Below, one piece after another: positions 37,473-47,024 of a stretch of DNA of 64,000 bases. The position numbers were made by a program, and so were the translations under genes. This stretch comes from Alphaproteobacteria bacterium (GTDB lineage Bacteria > Pseudomonadota > Alphaproteobacteria > Bin65), in the NCBI GenBank assembly GCA_965202925.1, contig CBDBCG010000006.1, forward strand, positions 120,002 through 184,001. Direction: 5' to 3'. Position 1 is the stretch's first letter. The number at the start of each line of letters is the position of its first letter. Below the pieces are notes generated by a model, which did no database searches, was not told the DNA's origin, and saw nothing but the letters and a program-made list of their open reading frames with translations.

Positions 37473-38465
37473 CTAGAAGGCGGGGCTCAGCCGATGCTTG
37501 GGATATTCCGCCCCGACGACGTGCTGAATGGTGATGGCGCGCACCATCTGGTAGGTCCGGATGCGGAAGGCGGGATCGCAGGACATGCGGATGTAGGTGT
37601 CCTGCGGCTTGACGCCGTAGTCCTCGCTCAGCCAGTCGATCATGTTGGCGCAGGCGTCGTAGACGGCGTGCTCCATCGGCAGGTTGATGCCGACCGCGAC
37701 GATGCTCTCCGGCTTGACGATCCGGACGGTCGGCTGGCGCTTGTTCTTGATGACGGTGCAGTTGAGTTGCACGGTGGCGCGCGTCTCGTCGGCGATGCCG
37801 GTGAACTCCGTATCGCCCTGTCCGCCGTGGATGTCGCCGATATAGAGCAACCCGCCCTCGTGGTAGGAATTGAGCAGGATCGTATGCCCGGGAGCCACGT
37901 CCCGGCAGTCGATGTTGCCACCGAACGGACCCTGGCCCAGCAACGAAGTGAAGACCTCCCGTTCGGGCGCGGTCGCCAGGGTGCCGCAGAAGGGCTCCAG
38001 GTCCCAGGTCAGCTTGTCCGAGTATTTACCCTTGCCGTCCCGCGTCTTGCCGCTCGGGCCGGGCAGGTGCTCGATGACCTGCACCCGCGGCTCGGCGCAC
38101 TGTCCGCCCCAGCGGGTCGATTCGCCATAGGGCCCGATGCCGGGGAGGATGCCCGAGAAGCCGTAGCGCCACGGGTCGATGAACTCGAGGTTCACGGCGA
38201 GGACATCGCCGGCTTCGCAGCCCTCGACATGGATCGGGCCGACGACGGGGTTGTACTTGGGCGGCCAGGCCGCGTTCAGCGCATCGACATGGGCATCGCC
38301 CACGAACTGGTGCACCTTGGGGTTGTCGCTGTCGTCCTCGATGAGGCCCGACAGCGCATCGTCCGTCTCCACCTGGAACGATTCCCCCTGCCTGACGTGA
38401 AGCACGGGCTCGTCCCGCGCATCGAATGCGTACTTGGTCACTTCGCCACGCTTGATCATCTGCAT
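37473..38465 (-). CDS. Acetamidase/formamidase (FmdA/AmdA) family protein
   Basis: 330 aa. N-terminus PVLHVRQGESFQVETDDALSG..., with GPIHVEGCEAGDVLAV and GGNIDCRDV segments typical of the family. Confidence 0.75.
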   Translation of the reverse strand: MQMIKRGEVTKYAFDARDEPVLHVRQGESFQVETDDALSGLIEDDSDNPKVHQFVGDAHVDALNAAWPPKYNPVVGPIHVEGCEAGDVLAVNLEFIDPWRYGFSGILPGIGPYGESTRWGGQCAEPRVQVIEHLPGPSGKTRDGKGKYSDKLTWDLEPFCGTLATAPEREVFTSLLGQGPFGGNIDCRDVAPGHTILLNSYHEGGLLYIGDIHGGQGDTEFTGIADETRATVQLNCTVIKNKRQPTVRIVKPESIVAVGINLPMEHAVYDACANMIDWLSEDYGVKPQDTYIRMSCDPAFRIRTYQMVRAITIQHVVGAEYPKHRLSPAF

Positions 38466-38730
38466 TGCTCGACCTCCTCGGGTTCGATGGAATGCCGGTT
38501 TGCCGTCCGGCCCGCATCCCGCATGCGCCTTGCCCGCGAAACATTACGATACGAGGCGCGTCCGGGGAAACTTCGCCTTGCGGGTCATAAAGTTCCGGCG
38601 CACGGTTGTACCGCATCCGGCACACGGCCGTTCCAGGGCTTGACGATTGCGCCCGATTCCGGGCCCGGGCCCGCTGCCCGGAATGGCGGGGCGCCGGCTG
38701 TTCGGTCGATGGAAGCGCCTGGCAACCGGG

Positions 38731-39273
38731 ATGGAAGATATGACCGATCCGCGCGATTGCCTCTTCCGCCGCTTCGAAGAGCTCGGCATCGGCACCGCCG
38801 CGGTGCCCTATCCGGCGCACCGGACCGTCGAAGAGGGCAAGGCGCTGCGCGGCGACATGGCGGGAACCTTCACGAAGAACCTGCTGCTGAAAGACAAGAA
38901 AGGCCGCCTGTTCCTGATCGTCGCCCATGAAGACCAGTCCCTGGACCTTAAGTCGCTGCACAAGCGCATCGGCGCCAGCGGGCGCCTCGGGTTCGCGCCG
39001 GCCTGCCTGGTGGAGCGCGTGCTCGGCGTCGCGCCCGGCGCACTGACGCCGCTCGCCGTGCTGAACGACGATGGCGGCCTGGTGACCGTCGCAATCGAAG
39101 CCGGCCTGATGGACGCGGACCAGCTGAACTTCCATCCGCTGGTCAACACCGAAAGCATCGGCCTCGAACCGGCCGAGCTCGTAGCCTTCATCGCATCGTG
39201 CGGACGCGAGGCCGTCGTCGCCGAGCTCGGCGGCATGGCCGGCATCGGTCCGGTATTGCAGGGGAGGATTTGA
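38731..39273 (+). CDS. YbaK/ProX-type aminoacyl-tRNA editing domain protein
   Basis: VPYPAHRTVEEGKALRGDMAGTFTKNLLLKDKKGRLFLIVAHEDQSLDLKSL...GALTPLAVLND. An alternative ATG at 38740 has a better SD (ggaag). Confidence 0.7.
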   Translation: MEDMTDPRDCLFRRFEELGIGTAAVPYPAHRTVEEGKALRGDMAGTFTKNLLLKDKKGRLFLIVAHEDQSLDLKSLHKRIGASGRLGFAPACLVERVLGVAPGALTPLAVLNDDGGLVTVAIEAGLMDADQLNFHPLVNTESIGLEPAELVAFIASCGREAVVAELGGMAGIGPVLQGRI

Positions 39274-39414
39274 AACCCTTGTATCTTACGGAGCTGCCGC
39301 CGGTGTTATTGTGTCGGTGGCGGAAGCGGGCGGCAGACCGCACCCTTGAGGCTGTTAACGAACGCTGTTCTTTTGTGCAACGGTGCCGGCAAGCGAGGGA
39401 GACGGGGCGCGACG

Positions 39415-40998
39415 ATGAACCAGGGCTGGGTGAGGGCCGCCGGCGTCGATGAACTGCGGCGGAAGGGCCGTATCGTCTTCCGCCTCGACGGCCGGCAGAT
39501 CGCGCTGTTCGATACCGCGAAGGGCGTCTACGCCTGCAACAACCGCTGCCCGCACGAGGGCTATCCCCTGCGCGAGGGCACCCTCGACGGCAACTGCCTG
39601 CTGACCTGCAACTGGCACAACTGGAAGTTCGACCTGGAAACCGGCGAGAACCAGCGCGAAGGCGACCGGCTGCGCGTCTATCCGGTCGACATCCGCGACG
39701 GCGACGTCTGGATCGAGATCGTCGACCCGCCGGTCGAAGAGCGGCTGGCGAAATCGCTTGCGGATCTCAAACAGGGTTTCGACCGCCACGGCTACGAGCG
39801 GCTGGCCCGGGAGATCGCCCGGATCGCGCGGCTCGGCGTCGATCCGGCGATCGCCGTCAGGGAAGCGATCCGCTGGTCGCACGACCGGCTGGAATTCGGC
39901 TGGGCCCACGCCTATGCCGGCGCGGCCGACTGGCTTGCGCTCTACGACCGGTATGCGGACGAACCGGAAAGCCGGCTCATCTGTTTGCTGGAAGCGGTCG
40001 GCCACATGGCCGAGGACACGCTGCGCGAGCCGCGCTACCCCTATGCCGAAGGCGTCGAGGACTGGGATGAGGAGGCGTTCGTCCGGGCCGTCGAGGACGA
40101 GGACGAAACCCATGCCATCCGCCTGACCCGCGGCGCGCTCGCCGCCGGCGACGCCTGGGGCCTCATGGAGCGCGGCCTGGCCCGCGCCGCGCTCGCCCAT
40201 TATGCCGATTTCGGCCACGCGGCGATCTATGTCGCGAAGGCCGGCGCGCTGATCAGCCGGCTCGGCGCGGAGGTTGCCGAACCGGTCCTGCTGTCGCTGG
40301 TGCGCGGGCTGGTATCGGCCTTTCGCGAGGACCTGATCCCCGAGTTCCGCGGCTACGCCGGGGCGCTGGCGAATTTCGGAACGCAGGCCAACGGATCGGC
40401 GCCGGCCGCGGCGGACTATGCCGGGTTGACCGCCGACAAGGCGCTCGCCCTCACCGCCGAACACGGCGGCGCGCCGCCGCTCGGCCTGTTCCGCAGCCTG
40501 CTCGGCGCGAACGCGCTCAACATGGTGCGCTTCGACCTCCGCCACCTCGAAGATCTCGACAAACCCTATGGCGGCAATTTCGGCTGGCTCGACCTGACCC
40601 ACGGCCTCACCTTCGCCGAGGCGGTGCTCGGCCTCTGCTCGAAATACCCGGACCTGTGGCCGGCCGGGCTGTTGCAGATGGCCTGCTTTTCCGGCCGCAA
40701 CATCGGGCATCAGGACGGAAATGTGGATCCGGACGACTGGACCGTCGCCGATCCTGACGCCTTCTTCGCCGGGGTCGAGCGGACGCTCCTGGACCACGGC
40801 CAGGACCGTTACATCGTCTCCGTCCATCTGCTGAAAACGGCGGCGGCGGTGCGCACCCTGGCGGCCGCACCGGAAACCGGCCGGTCGGGCAAACTGACGC
40901 TCGCCGCGCTCAACCGGCTGCTGCAATCGCCGGTGCGCCGCAAGATGGTGCGCCGCACGGCCCGCCAGGCCATGCGCTTCGTCGAGATCGACATTTAG
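39415..40998 (+). CDS. Rieske [2Fe-2S] domain protein fused to a ~420-aa domain of unknown function
   Basis: Within ORF 39346..40998, starting at the ATG at 39415. The Rieske ligands are CNNRCPHEGYPL (CxH) and CNWHNWKFD (CxxH), in the first ~100 aa. I do not recognise the remainder. Confidence 0.7.
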   Translation: MNQGWVRAAGVDELRRKGRIVFRLDGRQIALFDTAKGVYACNNRCPHEGYPLREGTLDGNCLLTCNWHNWKFDLETGENQREGDRLRVYPVDIRDGDVWIEIVDPPVEERLAKSLADLKQGFDRHGYERLAREIARIARLGVDPAIAVREAIRWSHDRLEFGWAHAYAGAADWLALYDRYADEPESRLICLLEAVGHMAEDTLREPRYPYAEGVEDWDEEAFVRAVEDEDETHAIRLTRGALAAGDAWGLMERGLARAALAHYADFGHAAIYVAKAGALISRLGAEVAEPVLLSLVRGLVSAFREDLIPEFRGYAGALANFGTQANGSAPAAADYAGLTADKALALTAEHGGAPPLGLFRSLLGANALNMVRFDLRHLEDLDKPYGGNFGWLDLTHGLTFAEAVLGLCSKYPDLWPAGLLQMACFSGRNIGHQDGNVDPDDWTVADPDAFFAGVERTLLDHGQDRYIVSVHLLKTAAAVRTLAAAPETGRSGKLTLAALNRLLQSPVRRKMVRRTARQAMRFVEIDI

Positions 40999-41021
40999 GT
41001 TTCGCGCGTTCGCCGCAGCGC

Positions 41022-42566
41022 TCAGCCGGTTTCCGCTTCGAGCAGGGCGCGCAGTTCGGTCTTCAGCACCTTGCCGTAATTGTTCTTCGGCAGGCCGTCG
41101 ACGAAGCGGTAGTCCTTCGGGCGCTTGAAGCGGGCGATGTTCTCGAGACACAGCCGGTCGAGCGCCTCGCGCGTCGGGCCGCCGTCGCCGTCCGCTGACC
41201 CCGGCACGACGAAGGCCACGACCTCCTCGCCCCAGTCCTCGTGCGGGCGGCCGACGACCGAAGCCTCGCGCACGCCGGGATGCTTCAGCAGCACCTCCTC
41301 GATCTCGCGCGGATAGATGTTGGTGCCGCCGGAGATGATCATGTCCTTCGAGCGGTCCTTGAGAGTGAGAAACCCGTCTTCGTCGAACGCGCCCATGTCG
41401 CCGGTGTGGAGCCAGCCGCCCTTGAGCGTTGCGGCGGTGGCCTCCGGATTGTTCCAGTAGCCGCGCATGATGACGTCGCCGCGGCACACGACCTCGCCGA
41501 TCTCGCCCGCCGGCAGGGGAGTGTCGTCGGCATCTACGACCCGGACCTCGACGTCGGTGCGCGCCACGCCGGTGGAGCCGAGCCGTTCCCGGTAGCGCGG
41601 ATGGCCGCTGTCCTTGTGCATCGCGCGGGTCAGGCCGGTGATCGTCATCGGCGCCTCGCCCTGGCCGTAGATCTGGACGAATTTCGGGCCGAGGGTTTCG
41701 ATGCCGCGCAGCAGGTCCGCGACATACATCGGCCCGCCGCCATAGACGATGAGTTTGAGGTTCGACGTGTCGGCCTCCGCGAGGCCGGGATGGTTGAGCA
41801 GGCGGACCACCATGGTCGGCGCGAAGAAGAAGGTGGAGCCCGGCCAGCTTTGCAGCAGGCCGAGCATCTCCGCCGGATCGAAGCCGCCGGACTCCGGGAA
41901 CACCTGCGCCGCGCCGCGCGCGACATGGGGGATGCCGTAGCAGCCCGAGCCGTGGGACGCCGGCGCGCAATGGATGATACAGTCGCCGGGCGCGATATCG
42001 CCGACATCGGCGAAATAGTTCATGGTCTGGCTGACCAGGTTGCGGTGGCTGAGGATCGCGCCCTTGGGCCGCCCGGTGGTGCCCGAGGTGTAGAACAGCC
42101 AGGCCGGATCGTCGGCTTCGACCTCGGCCATCGGCGCGGGCGCGCCGTCCGTCAGGGCGGGCCAGTCTTCGCCGTCGGTCGAGACGATGCGCTCCAGCGT
42201 CGCGATCTCGCCGTCGAGCCCGGCGATCGCGCCCTCTTTCCCGCCGTTGGTGAAGCAGACCCGGGCTCCGCTGTTCTCCAGGATGAAGGCGAATTCCTTG
42301 CGGTGCAGCTTGGCGTTGACCGGCACGGCGCAGATCCCGGCATGCCAGCAGGCATATTTGACCGCCATATAGTCCGGCACGTTGGCCATCACGATCGCCG
42401 CCCGGTCGCCGGGCCTGAGGCCGAGCCGCCCGGCCATCTGCCCGGCGAGCACCGCGACCTGCCGGGCGAACTCGCGATAGGTCGCCACGCGCGCATGGCC
42501 GCGGCCGAGCGCGGTGGCGTCCGGGTTCAGCAGGGCGGTGCGGTGCAGGAAGGCGGCAAGGTTCAT
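41022..42566 (-). CDS. AMP-dependent acyl-CoA synthetase/ligase
   Basis: Only the last 514 codons of ORF 41022..43946 look like protein. The ATG is the complement of 42564-42566 (MNLAAFLHRTALLNPDATAL). Motifs: LFYTSGTTGRPKGAILSH and GWLHTGDMGAFDEDGFLTLKDRSKDMIISGGTNIYPREIE. Confidence 0.85.
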   Translation of the reverse strand: MNLAAFLHRTALLNPDATALGRGHARVATYREFARQVAVLAGQMAGRLGLRPGDRAAIVMANVPDYMAVKYACWHAGICAVPVNAKLHRKEFAFILENSGARVCFTNGGKEGAIAGLDGEIATLERIVSTDGEDWPALTDGAPAPMAEVEADDPAWLFYTSGTTGRPKGAILSHRNLVSQTMNYFADVGDIAPGDCIIHCAPASHGSGCYGIPHVARGAAQVFPESGGFDPAEMLGLLQSWPGSTFFFAPTMVVRLLNHPGLAEADTSNLKLIVYGGGPMYVADLLRGIETLGPKFVQIYGQGEAPMTITGLTRAMHKDSGHPRYRERLGSTGVARTDVEVRVVDADDTPLPAGEIGEVVCRGDVIMRGYWNNPEATAATLKGGWLHTGDMGAFDEDGFLTLKDRSKDMIISGGTNIYPREIEEVLLKHPGVREASVVGRPHEDWGEEVVAFVVPGSADGDGGPTREALDRLCLENIARFKRPKDYRFVDGLPKNNYGKVLKTELRALLEAETG

Positions 42567-42797
42567 GGCGCCCGTTACTATCCGCCCCGCACGGCCGAAG
42601 GCAAGGCGGTCGCCCGAAGGGAGCGCCGGAGCCGGCCGATTTGTAGGGGAGCGACTGTCTTGAAACCATCCCCTACGACCGCCGGGCTTGCACGGGATGA
42701 CGGGCCGAAGCGCCGGGCGTAAGATGCCGGTTGCGGCCGGGTGCGCGCCGGCGCTATTGCAATGGCGGGGTACGGCGGCATTGCGGGGATTTCGGCC

Positions 42798-44033
42798 ATG
42801 CAGAACCTGACGATAAACGGCGACCGGCTGTGGGACTCGCTGATGGAGCTGGCGCGGATCGGCGCAACCGAGAAGGGCGGCGTGTGCCGGCTCGCGCTCA
42901 CCGACCTCGACCGGGAGGGCCGCGACCTGTTCATCCGCTGGTGCGAACAGGCCGGCTGCACGGTGCGCGTCGACCGGGTCGGCAACATCTTCGCCCGCCG
43001 GGCCGGCAAGGACGAAACCCGCCCGCCGGTGATGACCGGCAGCCATCTCGATTCCCAGCCGACCGGCGGCAAGTTCGACGGCGCCTACGGCGTGCTCGCC
43101 GGGCTGGAGGTCGTCCGCACCCTCAACGACCTGGAGATCGAGACCGACGCGCCGGTCGAGGTCGTCGCCTGGACCAACGAAGAGGGCAGCCGCTTCTCGC
43201 CGCCGATGATGGGCTCCGGCGCCTTCGCCGGCGTGTTCAGCGAGAAAGAGATGCTCACCCGGCCGGACAATGTCACCGGCGACCTGCTGGGCGACGAGCT
43301 CAAACGCATCGGCTATGACGGGCCGGCCCCGGTCGGCGGCCGCGAGGTCGGCGCCTATTTCGAGGCCCATATCGAGCAGGGCCCGATCCTCGAGAACGAG
43401 GAGAAGACCATCGGCGTCGTCACCGGGGCGCAGGGCCAGCACTGGTACGAGATCACCGTGACCGGGCAGGAGGCCCATGCCGGCCCGACGCCGATGCCCC
43501 TGCGCAAGGACGCGCTGGTCGCCGCCTCCCGGATGATCGACGCGATCAACCGGCTCGGCCACGCCTTCCCGCCCTACGCCTGCGCCACCGTCGGCTTCGT
43601 CGACGCCAGCCCGAACTCGCGCAACACGATCCCCGGCAAGGTTTTCTTCACCGTCGACATGCGGCACCCGGACGACGATACGCTGGCGGCGATGAACGAC
43701 CGGCTGCGTGCGGAGTTTGCCGGGATCGCCGAAGCCGCGGGCTGCACCGTCGACATCGTCGATTTCTGGGAGTTTCCGGCGCAGCCGTTCGACGAAGACT
43801 GCGTCGCCGCCGTGCGCACCGCCGCCGAGCGGGGCGGCCACAGCTGGCGCGACATCGTCTCCGGCGCCGGCCACGACGCGGTCTATATCGCGCGGATCGC
43901 ACCGACCGGCATGATCTTCATCCCGTGCGAGGACGGCATCAGCCACAACGAGATCGAGAACGCCACCCCGGAAGACTGCGCCGCCGGCGCCGACGTGCTG
44001 CTCAAGGCGGTGCTCGACCGGGCGGTGGGGTGA
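42798..44033 (+). CDS. M20-family Zn amidohydrolase (N-carbamoyl-L-amino-acid / allantoate amidohydrolase type)
   Basis: Within ORF 42741..44033, starting at the ATG at 42798 (MQNLTINGDRLWDSLMELARIG). Motifs: MTGSHLDSQPTGGKFDGAYGV and EEGSRF. Confidence 0.85.
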   Translation: MQNLTINGDRLWDSLMELARIGATEKGGVCRLALTDLDREGRDLFIRWCEQAGCTVRVDRVGNIFARRAGKDETRPPVMTGSHLDSQPTGGKFDGAYGVLAGLEVVRTLNDLEIETDAPVEVVAWTNEEGSRFSPPMMGSGAFAGVFSEKEMLTRPDNVTGDLLGDELKRIGYDGPAPVGGREVGAYFEAHIEQGPILENEEKTIGVVTGAQGQHWYEITVTGQEAHAGPTPMPLRKDALVAASRMIDAINRLGHAFPPYACATVGFVDASPNSRNTIPGKVFFTVDMRHPDDDTLAAMNDRLRAEFAGIAEAAGCTVDIVDFWEFPAQPFDEDCVAAVRTAAERGGHSWRDIVSGAGHDAVYIARIAPTGMIFIPCEDGISHNEIENATPEDCAAGADVLLKAVLDRAVG

Positions 44034-44576
44034 GACGAGCGGCGCTTTCCGGCTGAGCGGGCGGCGGCGGGCCGCGGATGTCAGGAAATGTCATGATTTG
44101 TCATGGTCCGCCGGTCGGCTCCGTTCGCCCCTTCCCGCACTGCCGCCCTGGGCGGCGTTCAATAGGATTTTATTCTATTTTTTATCGATCGATCAATAAT
44201 TTTATGTTGCCTAACCCTTTGGAATTGCGCCGTTTTCCAGCTAGACGGAAAATAAAACAGACCGGTCTATATACAGTCTTTTTTTGCATCCGGCCCGGCC
44301 GCCGCCACCACTTATTTGTTCATATAATGTTCTTGTTGCGGATGTCAAGGCTTTTTTCGGGCGTCTCCGTCCGTGCACCGGCCCGGGGAGCCTCTTCGGA
44401 AGCGGAAGGACCGGGCCGGCGCCCCCGTTTTCGCGGTTTCCGGGCTTCGCAGGGGAATCCCGGAGACGGGGAAGGCGGCAGCGCATTGCCGGGCCGGCAG
44501 ATGCGATCCAGAATGCGCACCGATCCGCAGCGCGCGGGACCGTCCGTGCGCCGCGGTGGCCGCGGAAGGAAATGGC

Positions 44577-45361
44577 ATGACCGATCGAAACCCTCCGGCC
44601 CTTGAGGACCTCTTCCGTACTCTGGACCACTGGCGCCATCTTCCCGCTTACCGGCTAGAGCCCGCAGTCGCGCCGTTCTTGGGACTGTTTCTGCGCGATA
44701 TTTTGCATGAGATCATAGAAATCAAAACACATCCCACGGTTATTCCTGAATTTCCTCTACGCATAGGTACATTACATTCCAATAAGAAACGGCCCAATCA
44801 ATCTATCAAAGTCGACTACGTCGCATTTTCTAGTGATTCCAAAAATGCATTTTTTGTTGAACTAAAGACGGACACTCTATCGTTCGACTGCGAGCAGATG
44901 AAAAATCTGATTAGGCAAAAGAGAAGGGCTTTCATCGTATTCTGAAAGGGGTCAAGTCTATATGCAGAGAAACAAAGGGAATCCATATACCAAAATATAC
45001 CCACCTACTTTACTACCTCAACAAGCTTGGATTCGTTAATTTTCATGAGGAGAATCTATATAATTTGGTATATTCGGAATCCAGAATAGGTTGGAAAAAT
45101 TTTGTTTGCAAAGAAATTGATATAAAGGAGTCAATCCCCACGGATATTGAAATCATTTATATAACGCCTGATGGGAGGGCTCTAGAAAAATGCAAGAACA
45201 AGAATCTGAGCGAAAAAATTCTGAAAGAAATCAGTTTTTGCCAGATCGTTCGGGTAATTGAGAAGCGCAATGAACTTGGCAACATGCTTGCCTGCTACCT
45301 TAAGGAATGGATCGAGCCAGCCGGAAAGACCGATCCCCGGAAACTCCACGCCGCGCCGTGA
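44577..45361 (+). pseudogene. Low-GC PD-(D/E)xK-like nuclease-fold gene interrupted by a frameshift
   Basis: The first part is in the frame of ORF 44373..44945 (ATG 44577, SD ggaagga), with IKVDYVAFSSDSKNAFFVELK as a D...ExK pattern. That reading stops at 44943-45. The -1 frame is open from 44915 and continues (..KEKGFHRILKGVKSICRETKG..) into ORF 45065..45361. Confidence 0.5.
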
Positions 45362-46860
45362 CCGGCGAACCCGCCCTCTCCAAATCCCGCTACATTTCCG
45401 GGGCGCAGTGCCATTTGCGGCTCTGGTACGACGCTTACGAGCGCCATCTTGCGACGCCGCCGGACGAGGCGCTCCGGGCGGTGTTCGACACCGGGCACGA
45501 GGTCGGCGAACTGGCGTGCCGGCGCATCCCCGGCGGCCATCTGGTAGCCCACGACCACCGCCATATTCCGGAAGCGCTGGAGGAAACCCGCCGGGTGATC
45601 GAGGCGGGACGCGCACCGGCCCTGTTCGAGGCGGCGTTCCGGCATCGCGGGGTCCTGGTCCGCGCCGACATGATCGAGCGGCTGCCCGGCGGCGGCTGGC
45701 GCCTGACCGAGGTCAAGTCGACGACGCGGCTCAAGGAGCTTTTCGTGCTCGACGCCGCGGTCCAGCTCTGGACCTTGCGCGGCGCCGGCCTCGACGTGCG
45801 CGAGGCCTGCGTGCTCACCCTCGACCGCGAGTATGTCTATGACGGTCGCCGGCACGACCTGAACGCGCTGTTCCGGCTGCATCCGGTGACGGACCGGGCG
45901 GAAGCCCTGCTCGCAACCGTCGGGGCCGGGGTGCGCGACATGCAGGCGATGCTCGCCGCACCCGCCGCGCCGGACATCGCGCCCGGCGGCCACTGCCTCG
46001 ACCCCTACCCCTGCCCGTACCATGCGCATTGCACGCGCCACATCGCGCCGCCGGACCACGGCATCGACGAACTGCTGGGGCTGAGGACGCAGGACCGCGG
46101 CCGGCTCGACGCCGCCGGCATCCGGGAAATCCGCGACATCCCGGAGGACTTTCCGCTCGCGCCGCTGCAACGCATCGTCCGCCGCGCCGTCATCGAGGGC
46201 CGCCCCGTGCGGCACGGCGACATCGCCGGCGCGCTGGCCCGGCGGACGCAACCGATCCGCTATCTCGATTTCGAGACCTTCTCGCCGGCGATTCCACGCT
46301 TTGCCGGCACGCGCCCCTACGACGCGATCCCCTTTCTCTTCTCGGTGCATACCGAACGCGAGGGCGCGCCGCCGGACCATGCCGACTATCTGCACGAGAC
46401 CGGTGACGATCCGCGCCCGGCGCTCGCCGAACGGCTGATCGAGGCTCTGGGCCGCAGCGGAAGCGTATGCACCTGGTCGGGCTATGAGCGCCGCGTCCTG
46501 CGCGGCCTTGCGGCGGCGCTGCCGGACCGGGCCGATGCGCTGAGGACTGTCGAAGCGCGGCTGTTCGACCTGCTGCCGCTGGTGCGCGACAGCGTCTACC
46601 ATCCCGGGTTCCGCGGCTCCTTCTCGATCAAGACCGTGCTGCCGGCGCTCGCGCCGGGCATGAGCTACGCCGACTTGCCGATCGCCGACGGGCAGATGGC
46701 GGCCCTGGGCTATGTCCGGGCGCTGGCGACCGGCGATCCGCAAGAGCGCCGGCGCATTTTCGACGACCTGCGCGCCTACTGCGCCCGCGATACGCTGGCG
46801 CTGGCCGAATTGTGCAAGCCGCTGGCCACGGCAGGCAACGAGGGCTTCGCAATCAGGTAG
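45358..46860 (+). CDS. DUF2779-type protein (Cas4-like PD-(D/E)xK / Fe-S nuclease N-domain plus RNase-H-like C-domain)
   Basis: Within ORF 45307..46860. A GTG at 45358 overlaps the upstream stop (GTGA). Motifs: LSKSRYISGAQCHLRLWY, WRLTEVKSTT, the cysteine cluster GGHCLDPYPCPYHAHC, then IRYLDFETF...YCARDTLAL. Confidence 0.7.
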   Translation: MTGEPALSKSRYISGAQCHLRLWYDAYERHLATPPDEALRAVFDTGHEVGELACRRIPGGHLVAHDHRHIPEALEETRRVIEAGRAPALFEAAFRHRGVLVRADMIERLPGGGWRLTEVKSTTRLKELFVLDAAVQLWTLRGAGLDVREACVLTLDREYVYDGRRHDLNALFRLHPVTDRAEALLATVGAGVRDMQAMLAAPAAPDIAPGGHCLDPYPCPYHAHCTRHIAPPDHGIDELLGLRTQDRGRLDAAGIREIRDIPEDFPLAPLQRIVRRAVIEGRPVRHGDIAGALARRTQPIRYLDFETFSPAIPRFAGTRPYDAIPFLFSVHTEREGAPPDHADYLHETGDDPRPALAERLIEALGRSGSVCTWSGYERRVLRGLAAALPDRADALRTVEARLFDLLPLVRDSVYHPGFRGSFSIKTVLPALAPGMSYADLPIADGQMAALGYVRALATGDPQERRRIFDDLRAYCARDTLALAELCKPLATAGNEGFAIR

Positions 46861-47024
46861 GAAACGCTCCCGAATCGCGCGTTTCCATCCTTCCCCCGCT
46901 TCAGCGGATTGCTCTGCAAGAGGAGCAAGGCGACATCTGCGGCCCCCTCCCCAGGAGGAGGGGACGCGTTGCTTTGTCTGTCGGGCTCAATTCACGGCCT
47001 TTCGCGGAGCGATCCGGCAACCCC

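Noticed and set aside
39355-42669. 1104-aa minus-strand ORF
   Set aside because: It is a shadow frame over the Rieske gene and out of frame with the ligase gene. Composition is Arg/Gly/Pro-rich and no motifs are present.
42567-43946. Upstream 460 codons of ORF 41022..43946
   Set aside because: The ligase family N-terminus starts at the internal ATG (42566). The extension is antisense to the M20 amidohydrolase gene.
44323-44328. TATAAT hexamer in the AT-rich patch upstream of the low-GC gene
   Set aside because: No acceptable -35 element lies at 16-18 nt spacing. In AT-rich DNA such hexamers occur by chance.
44916-44924. Programmed -1 ribosomal frameshift site in the split nuclease-like gene
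   Set aside because: I found no canonical X-XXY-YYZ slippery heptamer and no downstream structure. Mutation or a sequencing error is more parsimonious.
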